Below are positions 19,637 to 29,282 of a stretch of 64,000 bases of DNA, piece by piece. Source of the stretch: Atribacterota bacterium (GTDB taxonomy: Bacteria; Atribacterota; Phoenicimicrobiia; Phoenicimicrobiales; Stramentimicrobiaceae). The stretch's first letter is position 1; each line of letters opens with the position of its first letter. Made by a program: the position numbers and the translations under genes. The notes below the pieces were generated by a model, which searched no databases, was not told the DNA's origin, and saw nothing but the letters and a program-made list of their open reading frames with translations. The stretch covers positions 1-64,000 of the forward strand of contig JAXGNR010000006.1 in NCBI GenBank assembly GCA_040767965.1, given 5' to 3'.

Positions 19637-20584
19637 TCAGTTATACCTTATTCTTGGATCAAGGTATGCAAATGAAATATCAATTAACAGGTTTACAGCC
19701 ATATAAGCAAGAACTACAAAAAGCACTATGCCTTGTATCACTGGATAATCTCTTCTTAGTATTGACTGTACAATTAATTGCCCTAATCCAGGTAGGGCAA
19801 AAACATTTTCTGTAACCACTGCACCAGACATGAGGCCTACAAAAGTAAAACCGAGTGCTGATAAGACGGGTATTAAGGCATTTCTTAAAATATGCTTAAT
19901 ATTAACCTTTGTGTTAGTTAATCCTTTTGCCTTTGCTGTTCTCACATAATCTTCTTTAGCTACATCCAGCATGGTAGATCTGGTTAAACGAATAATCAAT
20001 GCCGCATTAGGTATTGCTAAGGCAACGCAAGGCATGACAAGATATCTAAAATTACTAAGGTTTCCGGTTTGTAGCACGCCCGGGAAACCAGAAGTTGGAA
20101 GCCATTTTAAATTCACTGCAAATAAAAGCATCAATATAAGTCCTGACCAAAAAGTCGGTATAGCGGCCCCGAACATGGCAATTCCCATAAAAAATTGATC
20201 TAAAAAACTATTGTACTTTAGAGCTGAAAGAACACCAATTGAAATTCCAATAAGAATAATAATAATCATAGAAAATAATGCAACAAATATACTTGTCTCA
20301 GCCCGTACTCTTATTACTTCGGCTACTGGGGTATGAGCAAAAATTGAATCACCTAAATCCCCCTGTAATGCATTTTTTATCCATCTGTAATACTGAACTG
20401 GATAAGATTCATTTAACCCCATTTTTTCTCGCAACAACTCTACTTGTGCTTCGGTAGCTGTATCTCCCAGCATGACGGCTGCAGGATCTCCAGGAATTAA
20501 GTGAATCATGGAAAATATCAATATAGTACTAATAAGTACAGTAGGGATCATTAAAAGAATTCTTCTAATAATATAAGATACCAT
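19637..20584 (-). CDS. dppB: Di/oligopeptide ABC transporter permease
   Basis: IPGDPA, GDLGDS, EDYVRTAKAKGL, RDYPVIQG, LDPRIRY. Confidence 0.93.
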   Translation of the reverse strand: MVSYIIRRILLMIPTVLISTILIFSMIHLIPGDPAAVMLGDTATEAQVELLREKMGLNESYPVQYYRWIKNALQGDLGDSIFAHTPVAEVIRVRAETSIFVALFSMIIIILIGISIGVLSALKYNSFLDQFFMGIAMFGAAIPTFWSGLILMLLFAVNLKWLPTSGFPGVLQTGNLSNFRYLVMPCVALAIPNAALIIRLTRSTMLDVAKEDYVRTAKAKGLTNTKVNIKHILRNALIPVLSALGFTFVGLMSGAVVTENVFALPGLGQLIVQSILRRDYPVIQGIVLFVVLAYMAVNLLIDISFAYLDPRIRYN

Positions 20585-20954
20585 TATCTCTGCATTACCT
20601 CCCCTTTGGCTTTATTATCAACAAAAATATAATTTTATTAATTCTTTGCTATCTTTTATAATTGATGTTTTATTGCTATAAAATTAGCACAATATTGAAA
20701 TTTAGTGTGGTTCTAATATCTGGTATTTATCTATTGCTTACTTATTATTTATTTACTGGATTATTATTAAACTATTTTTCTAATTTATCTACCGCAACTA
20801 AGTTATCTATAATCAAATTTACTGCTTTTTTACTTTATTTAATTGATACTTAAAATAAAATTTCAATTTATAAAGAACATCTTAATCACTTAATTATGCA
20901 TAAAAATCATATAATTGTTCAAATTAAAATATAAATTTATATCCTCTTTATTTA

Positions 20955-22148
20955 CTAGTTACCTTTACCTCTGCCGGTTACTGGTATTACTCTTTCAAGA
21001 ATCCCATTCCTAACCCCATATAATTTCTCATGGACATTGATAGTACAGGTACTGTTATTAGGAATAATCTCCAATCTATCTCCAAGATGGAGTCTTGGTT
21101 TGCCAGGGTTCATGTAGTAAATATGAGCACTTTCTGCACTTAAATTTGCTGCCCGCAAATCTGGTCTTCCTTTAACAATGCCGAAGCTGGGCAATAAAGT
21201 TCCTTTATAGTTCCAGTAATAGTCCGGTTCATTAATAGCAGCCATCAAGTAATCCGGACAAAAAGCTTTATATCCTGCATCAATCATAAACCAATCCGGA
21301 TGGGTGGTACTCATTACTGTTACCAGCATACTTAAAGCGCAATCTTCAATTTTATTGCCACCATGTTTCCAATAAACTAAACTGCCGATAACAAAATTGC
21401 CGGGATGAAGTTCATTGACCTCAGGAAATTTACCTTCCTTTAGGTATTTACATGTATAAGGATATTGGGGTGAAGCGCCCACAGAAACATCATCTAAAAT
21501 CATTCCTATCTCCTGAAATTTCTTTGCAAGATTAGACATAATCTCAAGAGTTTTATAAGCGCTGGTATCAAGGGCTTTTTCAGTAGGTTCAACTCCCATT
21601 TCATGGGCATAAATACCAGCTATTTTAATATTGGGAAGTTGGGAGGCTTTCTTCCCTAATTCTAAGGCTTCCTCGTCAGTAGTAACACCATGCCTTTGAG
21701 AACCACCTACTATTATACTGGTGTCTATTTTTATGTTTAAAGGGACTTCTCTATCCACTTGTGCTGCAATCCTGGAAATCTGTTCTGCCTGTTCGTACAT
21801 ATCTATTACAATACTTATTTTGACATCTTTATTTAAAAGTATCCTTCTGAGGGTTTCACCTTTATGGGCTCCATAGTAGCCCGGGTGGGCAATTTTAATA
21901 TCTTTTATTCCTTCATTTACCATGCTTTCAGCCTGGGCAACTGGTCCTACTTCTACACCACAGGCACCTGCTGCAATTTGCATTCTGGCTATTTCAGCAC
22001 TTTCATGAATTTTAATATGCGGTCTTAAGCGTACGCCTGCTTCTTTAGCAAGACTGGACATTCTGTTTATATTTGCCTCCAGTTTATTAAGGTCTAAAAG
22101 TAATGATGGGGTATCTATGGTCGGATAGGGGATTTTATTTTTTGACAT
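20955..22148 (-). CDS. Fold-type III PLP enzyme, D-serine dehydratase / D-threonine aldolase (DSD1) family
   Basis: IDTPSLLLDL, LRPHIKIH (PLP Lys), ELHPGNF, IDAGYKA, GDRLEIIPN; start at ATG 22148 behind GGAGG. Confidence 0.85.
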   Translation of the reverse strand: MSKNKIPYPTIDTPSLLLDLNKLEANINRMSSLAKEAGVRLRPHIKIHESAEIARMQIAAGACGVEVGPVAQAESMVNEGIKDIKIAHPGYYGAHKGETLRRILLNKDVKISIVIDMYEQAEQISRIAAQVDREVPLNIKIDTSIIVGGSQRHGVTTDEEALELGKKASQLPNIKIAGIYAHEMGVEPTEKALDTSAYKTLEIMSNLAKKFQEIGMILDDVSVGASPQYPYTCKYLKEGKFPEVNELHPGNFVIGSLVYWKHGGNKIEDCALSMLVTVMSTTHPDWFMIDAGYKAFCPDYLMAAINEPDYYWNYKGTLLPSFGIVKGRPDLRAANLSAESAHIYYMNPGKPRLHLGDRLEIIPNNSTCTINVHEKLYGVRNGILERVIPVTGRGKGN

Positions 22149-22405
22149 TAGAATATTTTCCTCCTTATTAATTGAACGCATTTATCATTAATAGCATAAT
22201 GAAATTCTAGCAATTTATTTTATAATTAATTTGGCTGCTAAAGAAACTATCTAAATAATTTGATTTATATATTATTATTTGTCTAGTTTGATAAGATACC
22301 TGGCTAAAAAGTATCTATATTTGTTATTTATACCATCAATATTTTCGTATAAAAATTCAGAAATAAGGAGCTATAAAGTAGATAGTGTAAGAATGTAAAA
22401 TAAAA

Positions 22406-22422
22406 TAGTATCTAATATACTA
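22406..22422. promoter_or_regulatory. Candidate GntR operator upstream of DSD1-dpp operon
   Basis: Reverse complement TAGTATATTAGATACTA equals 31292-31309 TAGTATATTAGAATACTA except one A. Confidence 0.6.
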
Positions 22423-22481
22423 AAAATAAATAAAATACTATACGTAAGCAAAAAACAAAGTAGGAATTAAATCTTTTTGTA

Positions 22482-22511
22482 ATTATAACATCAAATATTT
22501 TAAAAAGTCAA
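22482..22511 (-). promoter_or_regulatory. Sigma70-type promoter of DSD1-dpp operon
   Basis: TTGACT-18 nt-TATAAT with extended -10 TG on minus strand. Confidence 0.55.
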
Positions 22512-22822
22512 TTTTCTAATTTTGCTTTATCTAACCTAAAAATACTCACAAATTAATTAATATTATTATATAAAAAAGCATTCAAAATAGCCCTGCTTTA
22601 ATAATTAGAATATTCTGCGTCCTATACTAAAAACAAAGATTTAAAGATTTATTCAAAATAAAAGGAAAAAAGTAAAAGTAAAGAAAAAAGTAAAGAAATT
22701 TGTATAATAATATAAATCTTTAATAATTTTTCAGTAAATTTTCAGGACAGATATTTAATTATCCACTAAATTTTATTTTTAAATCCCTTATTCGCTTAGC
22801 TAACTAATCTTTTTTTAATTTT

Positions 22823-24084
22823 TCATGTAATATTTTTTTGATCTATACCAGAATATCTAGCATGAATTCCTAATTCCTGTTCAATCTGTAATAAACGATT
22901 ATATTTTGCATTTCTTTCACTTCTAACAGGTGAGCCACATTTAATTTGGTAAGCCCCTAATGCCACAGCTAAATCAGCAATAAAGTTATCATTTGTGTCA
23001 TTGGAACGCATAGAAACTGCTAATTTATAATTATTGTTTTTAGCCAATAATGCAGCGTCAAATGTTTCCATTAAAGTGCCAACCTGATTTATTTTTACTA
23101 ACAGACTATTGCATGCTTTTCCCTTAATTCCTTGGTAAATTCGAGAGCTATTTGTTGTAAATAGATCATCACCAACAATTTGTATGTTGTGTAAGTTTGA
23201 TGTTAGTAACGAAAATGATTCAAAATCATCTTCTTGAAATCCGTCTTCGATTAAAACCAAAGGATAATTTTTAGCTAATGAAATGTAATAATTAATCAAT
23301 TCATCTCTATTAATATTCTTTCCTGAAATTGTGTAACAATCATCTTTTTCGTTATACAATTCGTTTGCTGCAACATCCAGTCCAAGCGAGACCATACCAG
23401 AGTAACCAGCCTTTTCTATAGCTTTCAACAAAATATCAAAAGCCTCTTCATTACTCCTAATAGGAGGAGCATAGGCACCTCCTACATCTTGTAGAGATGT
23501 ATATTTGCTTTTCAAAATCAGTCCTAGGCAATAGTGAGTTTCTGAAAGGGCTTCTAGCGATTCCGAAAATTTTTCAAAACCATTCATTATAAGCATATAA
23601 TCTTCAAAATCTAGTTCCGAAGGAGAATATTTCCCACCTGCCAAAACAGTAGCTATCGGCATAGGAAGTCTGTTCATGATGATGCCACCAAGATATCTAT
23701 ACAAAGGTATATCACAAGAGTTACATGCGGCTTTGCAAATAGCTAAGGATGTTGCCAGAATAGCATTGCTACCTAAGTTACTCTTATCTTTTGTACCATC
23801 AAGATCAATTAATAAATTATCAATATATCTTTTTGATTCAATATTTCTTTTCCTATTAATTCTGGAGCAATAATGTTATTAATATTTTCTACAGCTTTTT
23901 TTACACCAAACCCTCTGAATCTATTCTCACCATCAAAAATTTCTCTTGCTTCATATTTCCCTTTTGAAGTTCCACTTGGGACAGAAGCTATCCCGCTTAT
24001 CCCACTATTAGTAATTACAGTTGCTTCAATTGTTGGAAGTCCATTACTATTCAATATTTCTCTAGCAAAAATATTTTTAATCAT
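22823..24084 (-). pseudogene. Enolase (phosphopyruvate hydratase) family paralogue with altered active site; one frameshift near 23830 (probably sequencing error)
   Basis: AREILNSNGLPTIE, VPSGTS, then shifted frame IDNLLIDLDGTKDKSNLGSNAIL continuing into 22823..23704 (DVAANE, IEDG, VGDDLF, LVKINQVG, RSERNAKYNRL). Confidence 0.88.
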
Positions 24085-24117
24085 CAATTTTTATACACCG
24101 ACTTTCTTTTTAATAAT

Positions 24118-25464
24118 TTATGGAATTATAATTACCCTCAAATTCATAACATTTGTTCCAGTATGACCAGTTATAATTACGTCTTTTAATTTAAGCAAAG
24201 CTTCTGAACTATTATGTTCGATTAAATATTTTGAAATATCTATCCCTAATTTTTTTGTTCTTTCTATTGTTTCTCCATCCACAATTCCTCCTGCAAAATC
24301 AGTTGGGCCATCTGTACCATCAGTATCAACAGAAATGCAAGAATAATTTTTTTTATTGCCCATTTTCTCAGCAAAAGCAAGAGCAAATTCCTGATTAGGA
24401 CCTCCATGACCTGAGATATTACCCACAGTAACCGTTGTCTCTCCTGCACTAATAATGGCAGCAGGATTAGAAAATGGCCTTTTGTATTTTATAATTTCTT
24501 TTGCAATACCTGCAAGACAAATCCCAACATCTTTAGCTTCTCCTTCGATATTTGTAGAAAGAATAATTGGTCTATATCCTAATTCATTAGCTTTTTGAGC
24601 TGCTGCCTCACAGGTACTAACAGGGCTACCAACAAAAATTATTTTTGAGTAAAATCCATCTAGGCTTTTTAATGTTTCTAGTTCTTTATCTTTTAAACTA
24701 TTTACCAAGTACGACTTAATTGATAAAGGTATTGTTTTCCATAAATTATATTTTTTTAGTATATCAATAGCATCTTGAAATGTAGAAGGATCCGGTAAAA
24801 CCATATCAGGCCATGGCATATCTTCAGGAGCAGTATCAAGAGTGAAGGTAATAACCTTTGCTGGGTGAGCATATTTCAATAAGCCACCCCCCTTTATTAA
24901 ACAAAGATGTTTTCTTACAGCATTGATTTCACTAATAATTGCTCCACTCTTTAATAATAAATCTGTTACTATCTGTAAATCCTCTAAATTGATATTTTTT
25001 GGTGGAAGAGCTGTTAAAGCAGAAGAGCCACCTGTAATTGCAGCTAGTATAATATCATTACTATCAGCTTCCTTTAATAATTTTAGAATTTTTTCTGCTC
25101 CTACAATACTATTCCTATCAGGCAGAGGATGTCCAGCCTCTATTACTTCTATTTTTTTTAATCTACGTTTATCACCATTCTTTACTACAGTAACCCCTTT
25201 ATAGATTAAATCTCCAAGCAATTCTTCTAACGCCTTTACTATAGAAAATGAACCCTTTCCAGTTCCCACTACAAAAATATTTCTTATTTTATTAATATCA
25301 TATTCTATTTCTGCTATTTTAAGTTTGTTGCCATCAATTTTTACCAAGTTGCATGTACCTTTTTCAGGATCTGCTTTTTCAATGCCTGATTTTATAATTT
25401 CCAGAGCAACACTTCTTAGTTTTTTTTGTCCTTGGGTTAAAAGTGTTGAAGAATTTTTTATCAC
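24118..25464 (-). CDS. Glycerate 2-kinase type II (DUF4147/MOFRL) family kinase, divergent
   Basis: GTGKG, AGHPLPD, ITGGSSAL, NAVRKHL..IKGG, GETTV, DTDGTDGPT, TGHTGTNV. Confidence 0.9.
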   Translation of the reverse strand: MIKNSSTLLTQGQKKLRSVALEIIKSGIEKADPEKGTCNLVKIDGNKLKIAEIEYDINKIRNIFVVGTGKGSFSIVKALEELLGDLIYKGVTVVKNGDKRRLKKIEVIEAGHPLPDRNSIVGAEKILKLLKEADSNDIILAAITGGSSALTALPPKNINLEDLQIVTDLLLKSGAIISEINAVRKHLCLIKGGGLLKYAHPAKVITFTLDTAPEDMPWPDMVLPDPSTFQDAIDILKKYNLWKTIPLSIKSYLVNSLKDKELETLKSLDGFYSKIIFVGSPVSTCEAAAQKANELGYRPIILSTNIEGEAKDVGICLAGIAKEIIKYKRPFSNPAAIISAGETTVTVGNISGHGGPNQEFALAFAEKMGNKKNYSCISVDTDGTDGPTDFAGGIVDGETIERTKKLGIDISKYLIEHNSSEALLKLKDVIITGHTGTNVMNLRVIIIP

Positions 25465-25543
25465 TTTATTTTTAACTCCCTGATTTTTTATTTTAGAAAT
25501 CTCTAATTATATTAAAATTATACATAACTTTTTATTGTTATTG

Positions 25544-26806
25544 TTATAGAAAAGATGGTACTAAATTATTATTTTTATCAAAGTTTATTGAATTTAATTC
25601 ATCAGCTATACTTAAGTTATTTCTTTTTTTTGCCTCATGATATAAAGCCACTGAAACACATATTTTTTCAAGAGAAAGAGTATTTTTAATCCAAACCAAT
25701 TTTAATTTGCTTATATCTACCGGTCCAATAGTATTAAGACATGCCTCTATGGCCTCTTTATCATTAGGAAAATGCATTGGTATTGCTGCACTCTCCGGAC
25801 CAGAGGCTGTGAGGGCATTTATATACATTTTTTTTAGATCCAATTTTTTTACCAATTTTTCTGTTGTGAAATCTGCCATTCCAATACCTAATCCATTCCC
25901 CATAGATTCTTTTGTAATATCTCTCACAAATAATCTCTTTACTTTTTGTTCAGAATGCCATCTGTTCATTATATCTCTATTTCTACCAATAACATTAAAA
26001 TCCATTCCACCGCCACTAATTTCTTTACCAATTTCATCAATTATTAAAATATCAATATTTTTAAATGGTATCTTTGGTAAATTATCTTTTGCTATCAGTA
26101 AAAGTTCTTTCTCCTTATCTATTATATTAGTTGGTTCTATGGCTTCAATTATCGAGGTTTGGTCATATCCATCTTCTACTATTGCCAATCCAAACAAAAT
26201 AGGAAGTTTTTCTATGACATTTTGGGCAACTATTTCAAGTAATTCTGGAAAACCGTAGTGAAGAGCATATTTATGATAATATTGAGCGCCAATATGTTTT
26301 CCCATACCGATAGCCATCATTTTACACAAACCACTCTCAATAGAACCCTTCCATTTAGTATGAGGCTTTATCCTGTTTACTACAATAATATGGTCTGCTT
26401 CTAAGGCAATTTTATCTATATATATTGACAGTCCTTCTTTGGTTTTAGCTATTTCTTTTACTTCCATTGTGGCCATAATAGGAACATCCATAGATTCTTC
26501 ACTAATACCATAATCTTGGAGTATTTTTATTTGCCCTTCAGCAGTTGCACCTCCATGACTACCCATAGCAGGAAAAATAAAAGGATTGGCATTTAGAGAT
26601 TTAATATATTTAATTAATATTTTTACTATCTTGTCTATATTATTAATCCCTCTACTTCCTGCTGTAATAGCAACTTTGTCACCAGGATTTATTTTTGTCT
26701 CAAGATTCAAATAGTCTAGTTCTGCCTTTATTTTGGAAGACAAATCTAAAATTGGTTTATTTACTAGCTCTTGATGTATCAATCCCATTTGTATATTTTT
26801 TAACAT
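25544..26806 (-). CDS. Lactate racemase (LarA N-terminal / DUF2088) domain protein
   Basis: AITAGSRGI, PAMGSHGGATAEGQ, VNRIKPHT, ESGLCKMMAIGMGK, GKEISGGGMD, GNGLGIGMAD. Confidence 0.8.
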   Translation of the reverse strand: MLKNIQMGLIHQELVNKPILDLSSKIKAELDYLNLETKINPGDKVAITAGSRGINNIDKIVKILIKYIKSLNANPFIFPAMGSHGGATAEGQIKILQDYGISEESMDVPIMATMEVKEIAKTKEGLSIYIDKIALEADHIIVVNRIKPHTKWKGSIESGLCKMMAIGMGKHIGAQYYHKYALHYGFPELLEIVAQNVIEKLPILFGLAIVEDGYDQTSIIEAIEPTNIIDKEKELLLIAKDNLPKIPFKNIDILIIDEIGKEISGGGMDFNVIGRNRDIMNRWHSEQKVKRLFVRDITKESMGNGLGIGMADFTTEKLVKKLDLKKMYINALTASGPESAAIPMHFPNDKEAIEACLNTIGPVDISKLKLVWIKNTLSLEKICVSVALYHEAKKRNNLSIADELNSINFDKNNNLVPSFL

Positions 26807-26899
26807 ATTTAAATTCCTTTTTAATTAAATATTTAATTATTTTATATTTATTGTATTGCTTAGCAAGCAATAAATCACTTTTAAGTTAAAGTAATCTTT

Positions 26900-28396
26900 T
26901 TATATTTTTCCTTTGTTTGCTATTTTTGTGGAAGTAATTAATACTAAAATAGACAAAATTATAAGCATTACAGATATTGTTCTAGTAAAAAATATTGACC
27001 AATCTCCACCACTAATAATTAACGAACGTCTAATTTGACTTTCTAACATTGGGCCTAGAATTAATCCTAATACTATAGGAGCCATTGGGAATTTTCCTCT
27101 AACCAATACATAACCAAAAAGTCCTAAAATTAAAGTCACCCATATATCGAAAAAATTATTCCGTAATGCATATGAACCAATTATGGAAAGAATAACTAAT
27201 AAAGGTGCTAAAAAATGTAAAGGTATTTTCAGTATTTGTACAAATACTCTAATTCCGAAATATTGAATTAACATCATGAAAATATTTGCCAATAAAATTA
27301 ATGTAAATAAACCAACGGCAAGATTTGGGTTTTTTGTAAAAAATTGAGGTCCAGGTTGCAATCCATGAATCATTAAGGCACCTAAAAGAACCGCAGTCGG
27401 ACTATCACCGGGAATACCTAAGGCTAGCAATGGAATTAAAGCTCCGCCGGTAACACCATTATTTGCTGCTTCAGAAGCAATAACTCCTTCTATATTTCCT
27501 TCACCAAATTCATTAGGATTTTTTGAAAATCTTTTTGCTTGATCATAAGCTAAAAATGAGCCAATATTTCCACCGGCTGCAGGTATCATACCAACGAATG
27601 TACCTATAATACTTGAACGAATTAAGTTGATTTTATTGTACCAAATTGAAGCTAACGTTGGTATTATTTTCATAGCATTTTCCCCTCTACCCACACTGAA
27701 CATTTGAACTTCATTCTGAGTTAAATTTTGTAATATTTGAGGAATTGCAAAAAATCCAATAAGTGCAGGCATAATACCTATTCCCCCCATAAGGTTTACA
27801 CTATTGAAAGTAAATCTAAGATTCCCAATTATTGGGTCAATGCCAATAACGGCTAGCCACAACCCAATCAATCCAGAAAATATGCCTTTAGCAATAGATT
27901 CTGCAGTAATTGAAGCAATAATTGTAAGCCCGAATAATGCTAAAGCTGCATACTCAGGTGGACCAAATCGTAAAGCAAATTTAGCAAGTTGCGGTGCAAC
28001 TGTAACCAATATTAACCAACTTATAAATCCTCCAAAAAAAGAAGCAGTTATCGCCCAACCTAAAGCTTGACTAGCTTTCCCCTTTTTAGCCATCGGATAA
28101 CCATCAAGGGTAGTAACAACAGAAGAAGGTGTTCCTGGAATATTTAAAAGAATTGCTGAAATTGCTCCTCCTGCTATCCCGCCAACGTAAACACCAATCA
28201 TCATGCCAATCGCTTGCACTTCAGGTAATGTAAATGTGACAGGAAGCAAAAGAGCAACACCCATCGTTGCTGTTAACCCTGGCATAGCACCAAATATTAA
28301 ACCCATAAATGTAGCTAAAAAAATACTCAATACATATATTGGGTTTAATAAAACATCAGTTACCATTTCTAAATAGGAAAATAATTGTATTTCCAT
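26900..28396 (-). CDS. tctA: Tripartite tricarboxylate transporter large permease
   Basis: GAMPGLTATMGVALL, ILLNIPGTP, DGYPMAKKG, SEAANN, LGIPGD, GLQPGP. Confidence 0.95.
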   Translation of the reverse strand: MEIQLFSYLEMVTDVLLNPIYVLSIFLATFMGLIFGAMPGLTATMGVALLLPVTFTLPEVQAIGMMIGVYVGGIAGGAISAILLNIPGTPSSVVTTLDGYPMAKKGKASQALGWAITASFFGGFISWLILVTVAPQLAKFALRFGPPEYAALALFGLTIIASITAESIAKGIFSGLIGLWLAVIGIDPIIGNLRFTFNSVNLMGGIGIMPALIGFFAIPQILQNLTQNEVQMFSVGRGENAMKIIPTLASIWYNKINLIRSSIIGTFVGMIPAAGGNIGSFLAYDQAKRFSKNPNEFGEGNIEGVIASEAANNGVTGGALIPLLALGIPGDSPTAVLLGALMIHGLQPGPQFFTKNPNLAVGLFTLILLANIFMMLIQYFGIRVFVQILKIPLHFLAPLLVILSIIGSYALRNNFFDIWVTLILGLFGYVLVRGKFPMAPIVLGLILGPMLESQIRRSLIISGGDWSIFFTRTISVMLIILSILVLITSTKIANKGKI

Positions 28397-28663
28397 CTTC
28401 TATATCCTTATTATTGTATTTATTTTTATAATTTTATATTTATTTTTTAATATTCAAGCTATATTAACAGTAAAATTTGAATTATTCTAGAGTTCATATG
28501 GTATGCAAATATGAATATATATCGATTTAGATTAGATCAAAATTATTACACTTAAATTGCCTTAATACTTAAATAAAATACAAGAAAATTATAGTTATCA
28601 ATATCTTTTTTATAGTAATAAATAAACAATTTTAGTAACTTTTTAAAATAATCATTTTTATTA

Positions 28664-29188
28664 TTATGGAAGTGGTACTGAAAAAATAGATTTAAATACG
28701 AAATTAATGCTTGAAATAATAATTAAAATCAAAATAAAGCTTTTAAATAAAAAAATTATTGTTAATTTGCTTTTAGGACATAACAATATAGAAGATCCCC
28801 ACATGAAAAACAAAGAAGAAACAACAAAACTTAATCTTTTCCACAAGCCAACATAAAGAACAATCAAAACTATAAATTCTATAGTTAGCACAGGTGTTTT
28901 GGGGAAAACATTCCAAACTAATTTAGCTAATTTTGATTTATTTTCTAGTTTTTTATCTAATTGATTATCATCTTTATTATTTATTTTATTTTTATATTGA
29001 GAAAAAAACAGTACACTATTGACTATAAGGATAGTTATAAAAATAAACATAGGGAATAACCATGGCCCCACACTACTCCGCTCTCCTGGCACTCTATATG
29101 TTGTTGCATTAAAAGCTATTATAGTAAAATATATCGCAAATATTGAAGTAATTAAAATAATTAATCTGGTTGCTACTTTTTCACTCAA
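28664..29188 (-). CDS. tctB: Tripartite tricarboxylate transporter small permease
   Basis: Four hydrophobic helices, VGPWLFP, C-terminal VPLP; between tctC and tctA; AAGGAG RBS with TTG start. Confidence 0.85.
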   Translation of the reverse strand: MSEKVATRLIILITSIFAIYFTIIAFNATTYRVPGERSSVGPWLFPMFIFITILIVNSVLFFSQYKNKINNKDDNQLDKKLENKSKLAKLVWNVFPKTPVLTIEFIVLIVLYVGLWKRLSFVVSSLFFMWGSSILLCPKSKLTIIFLFKSFILILIIISSINFVFKSIFSVPLP

Positions 29189-29213
29189 ATTAATTTAGAT
29201 CTCCTTTTTTATT

Positions 29214-29257
29214 TTTTAAAGGATACCATATTGTTAAAATGATGGTATCCTTTAAAA
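29214..29257 (-). terminator. Stem-loop between tctC and tctB
   Basis: TTTTAAAGGATACCAT / ATGGTATCCTTTAAAA 16-bp stem. Confidence 0.75.
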
Positions 29258-29282
29258 TTATCTTTGTAAATTCAATTAAAAA

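Noticed and set aside
20662-20853. 63-aa hydrophobic ORF upstream of dppB
   Set aside because: AT-rich intergenic artefact, wrong strand, no RBS; not a dppA remnant
22660-22700. GTAAAGAAAAAA short tandem repeats
   Set aside because: Low-complexity A-rich tract; no spacers, so not CRISPR
23825-23836. Programmed ribosomal frameshift in the enolase paralogue
   Set aside because: No slippery heptamer with a downstream structure; similar indels occur across the window
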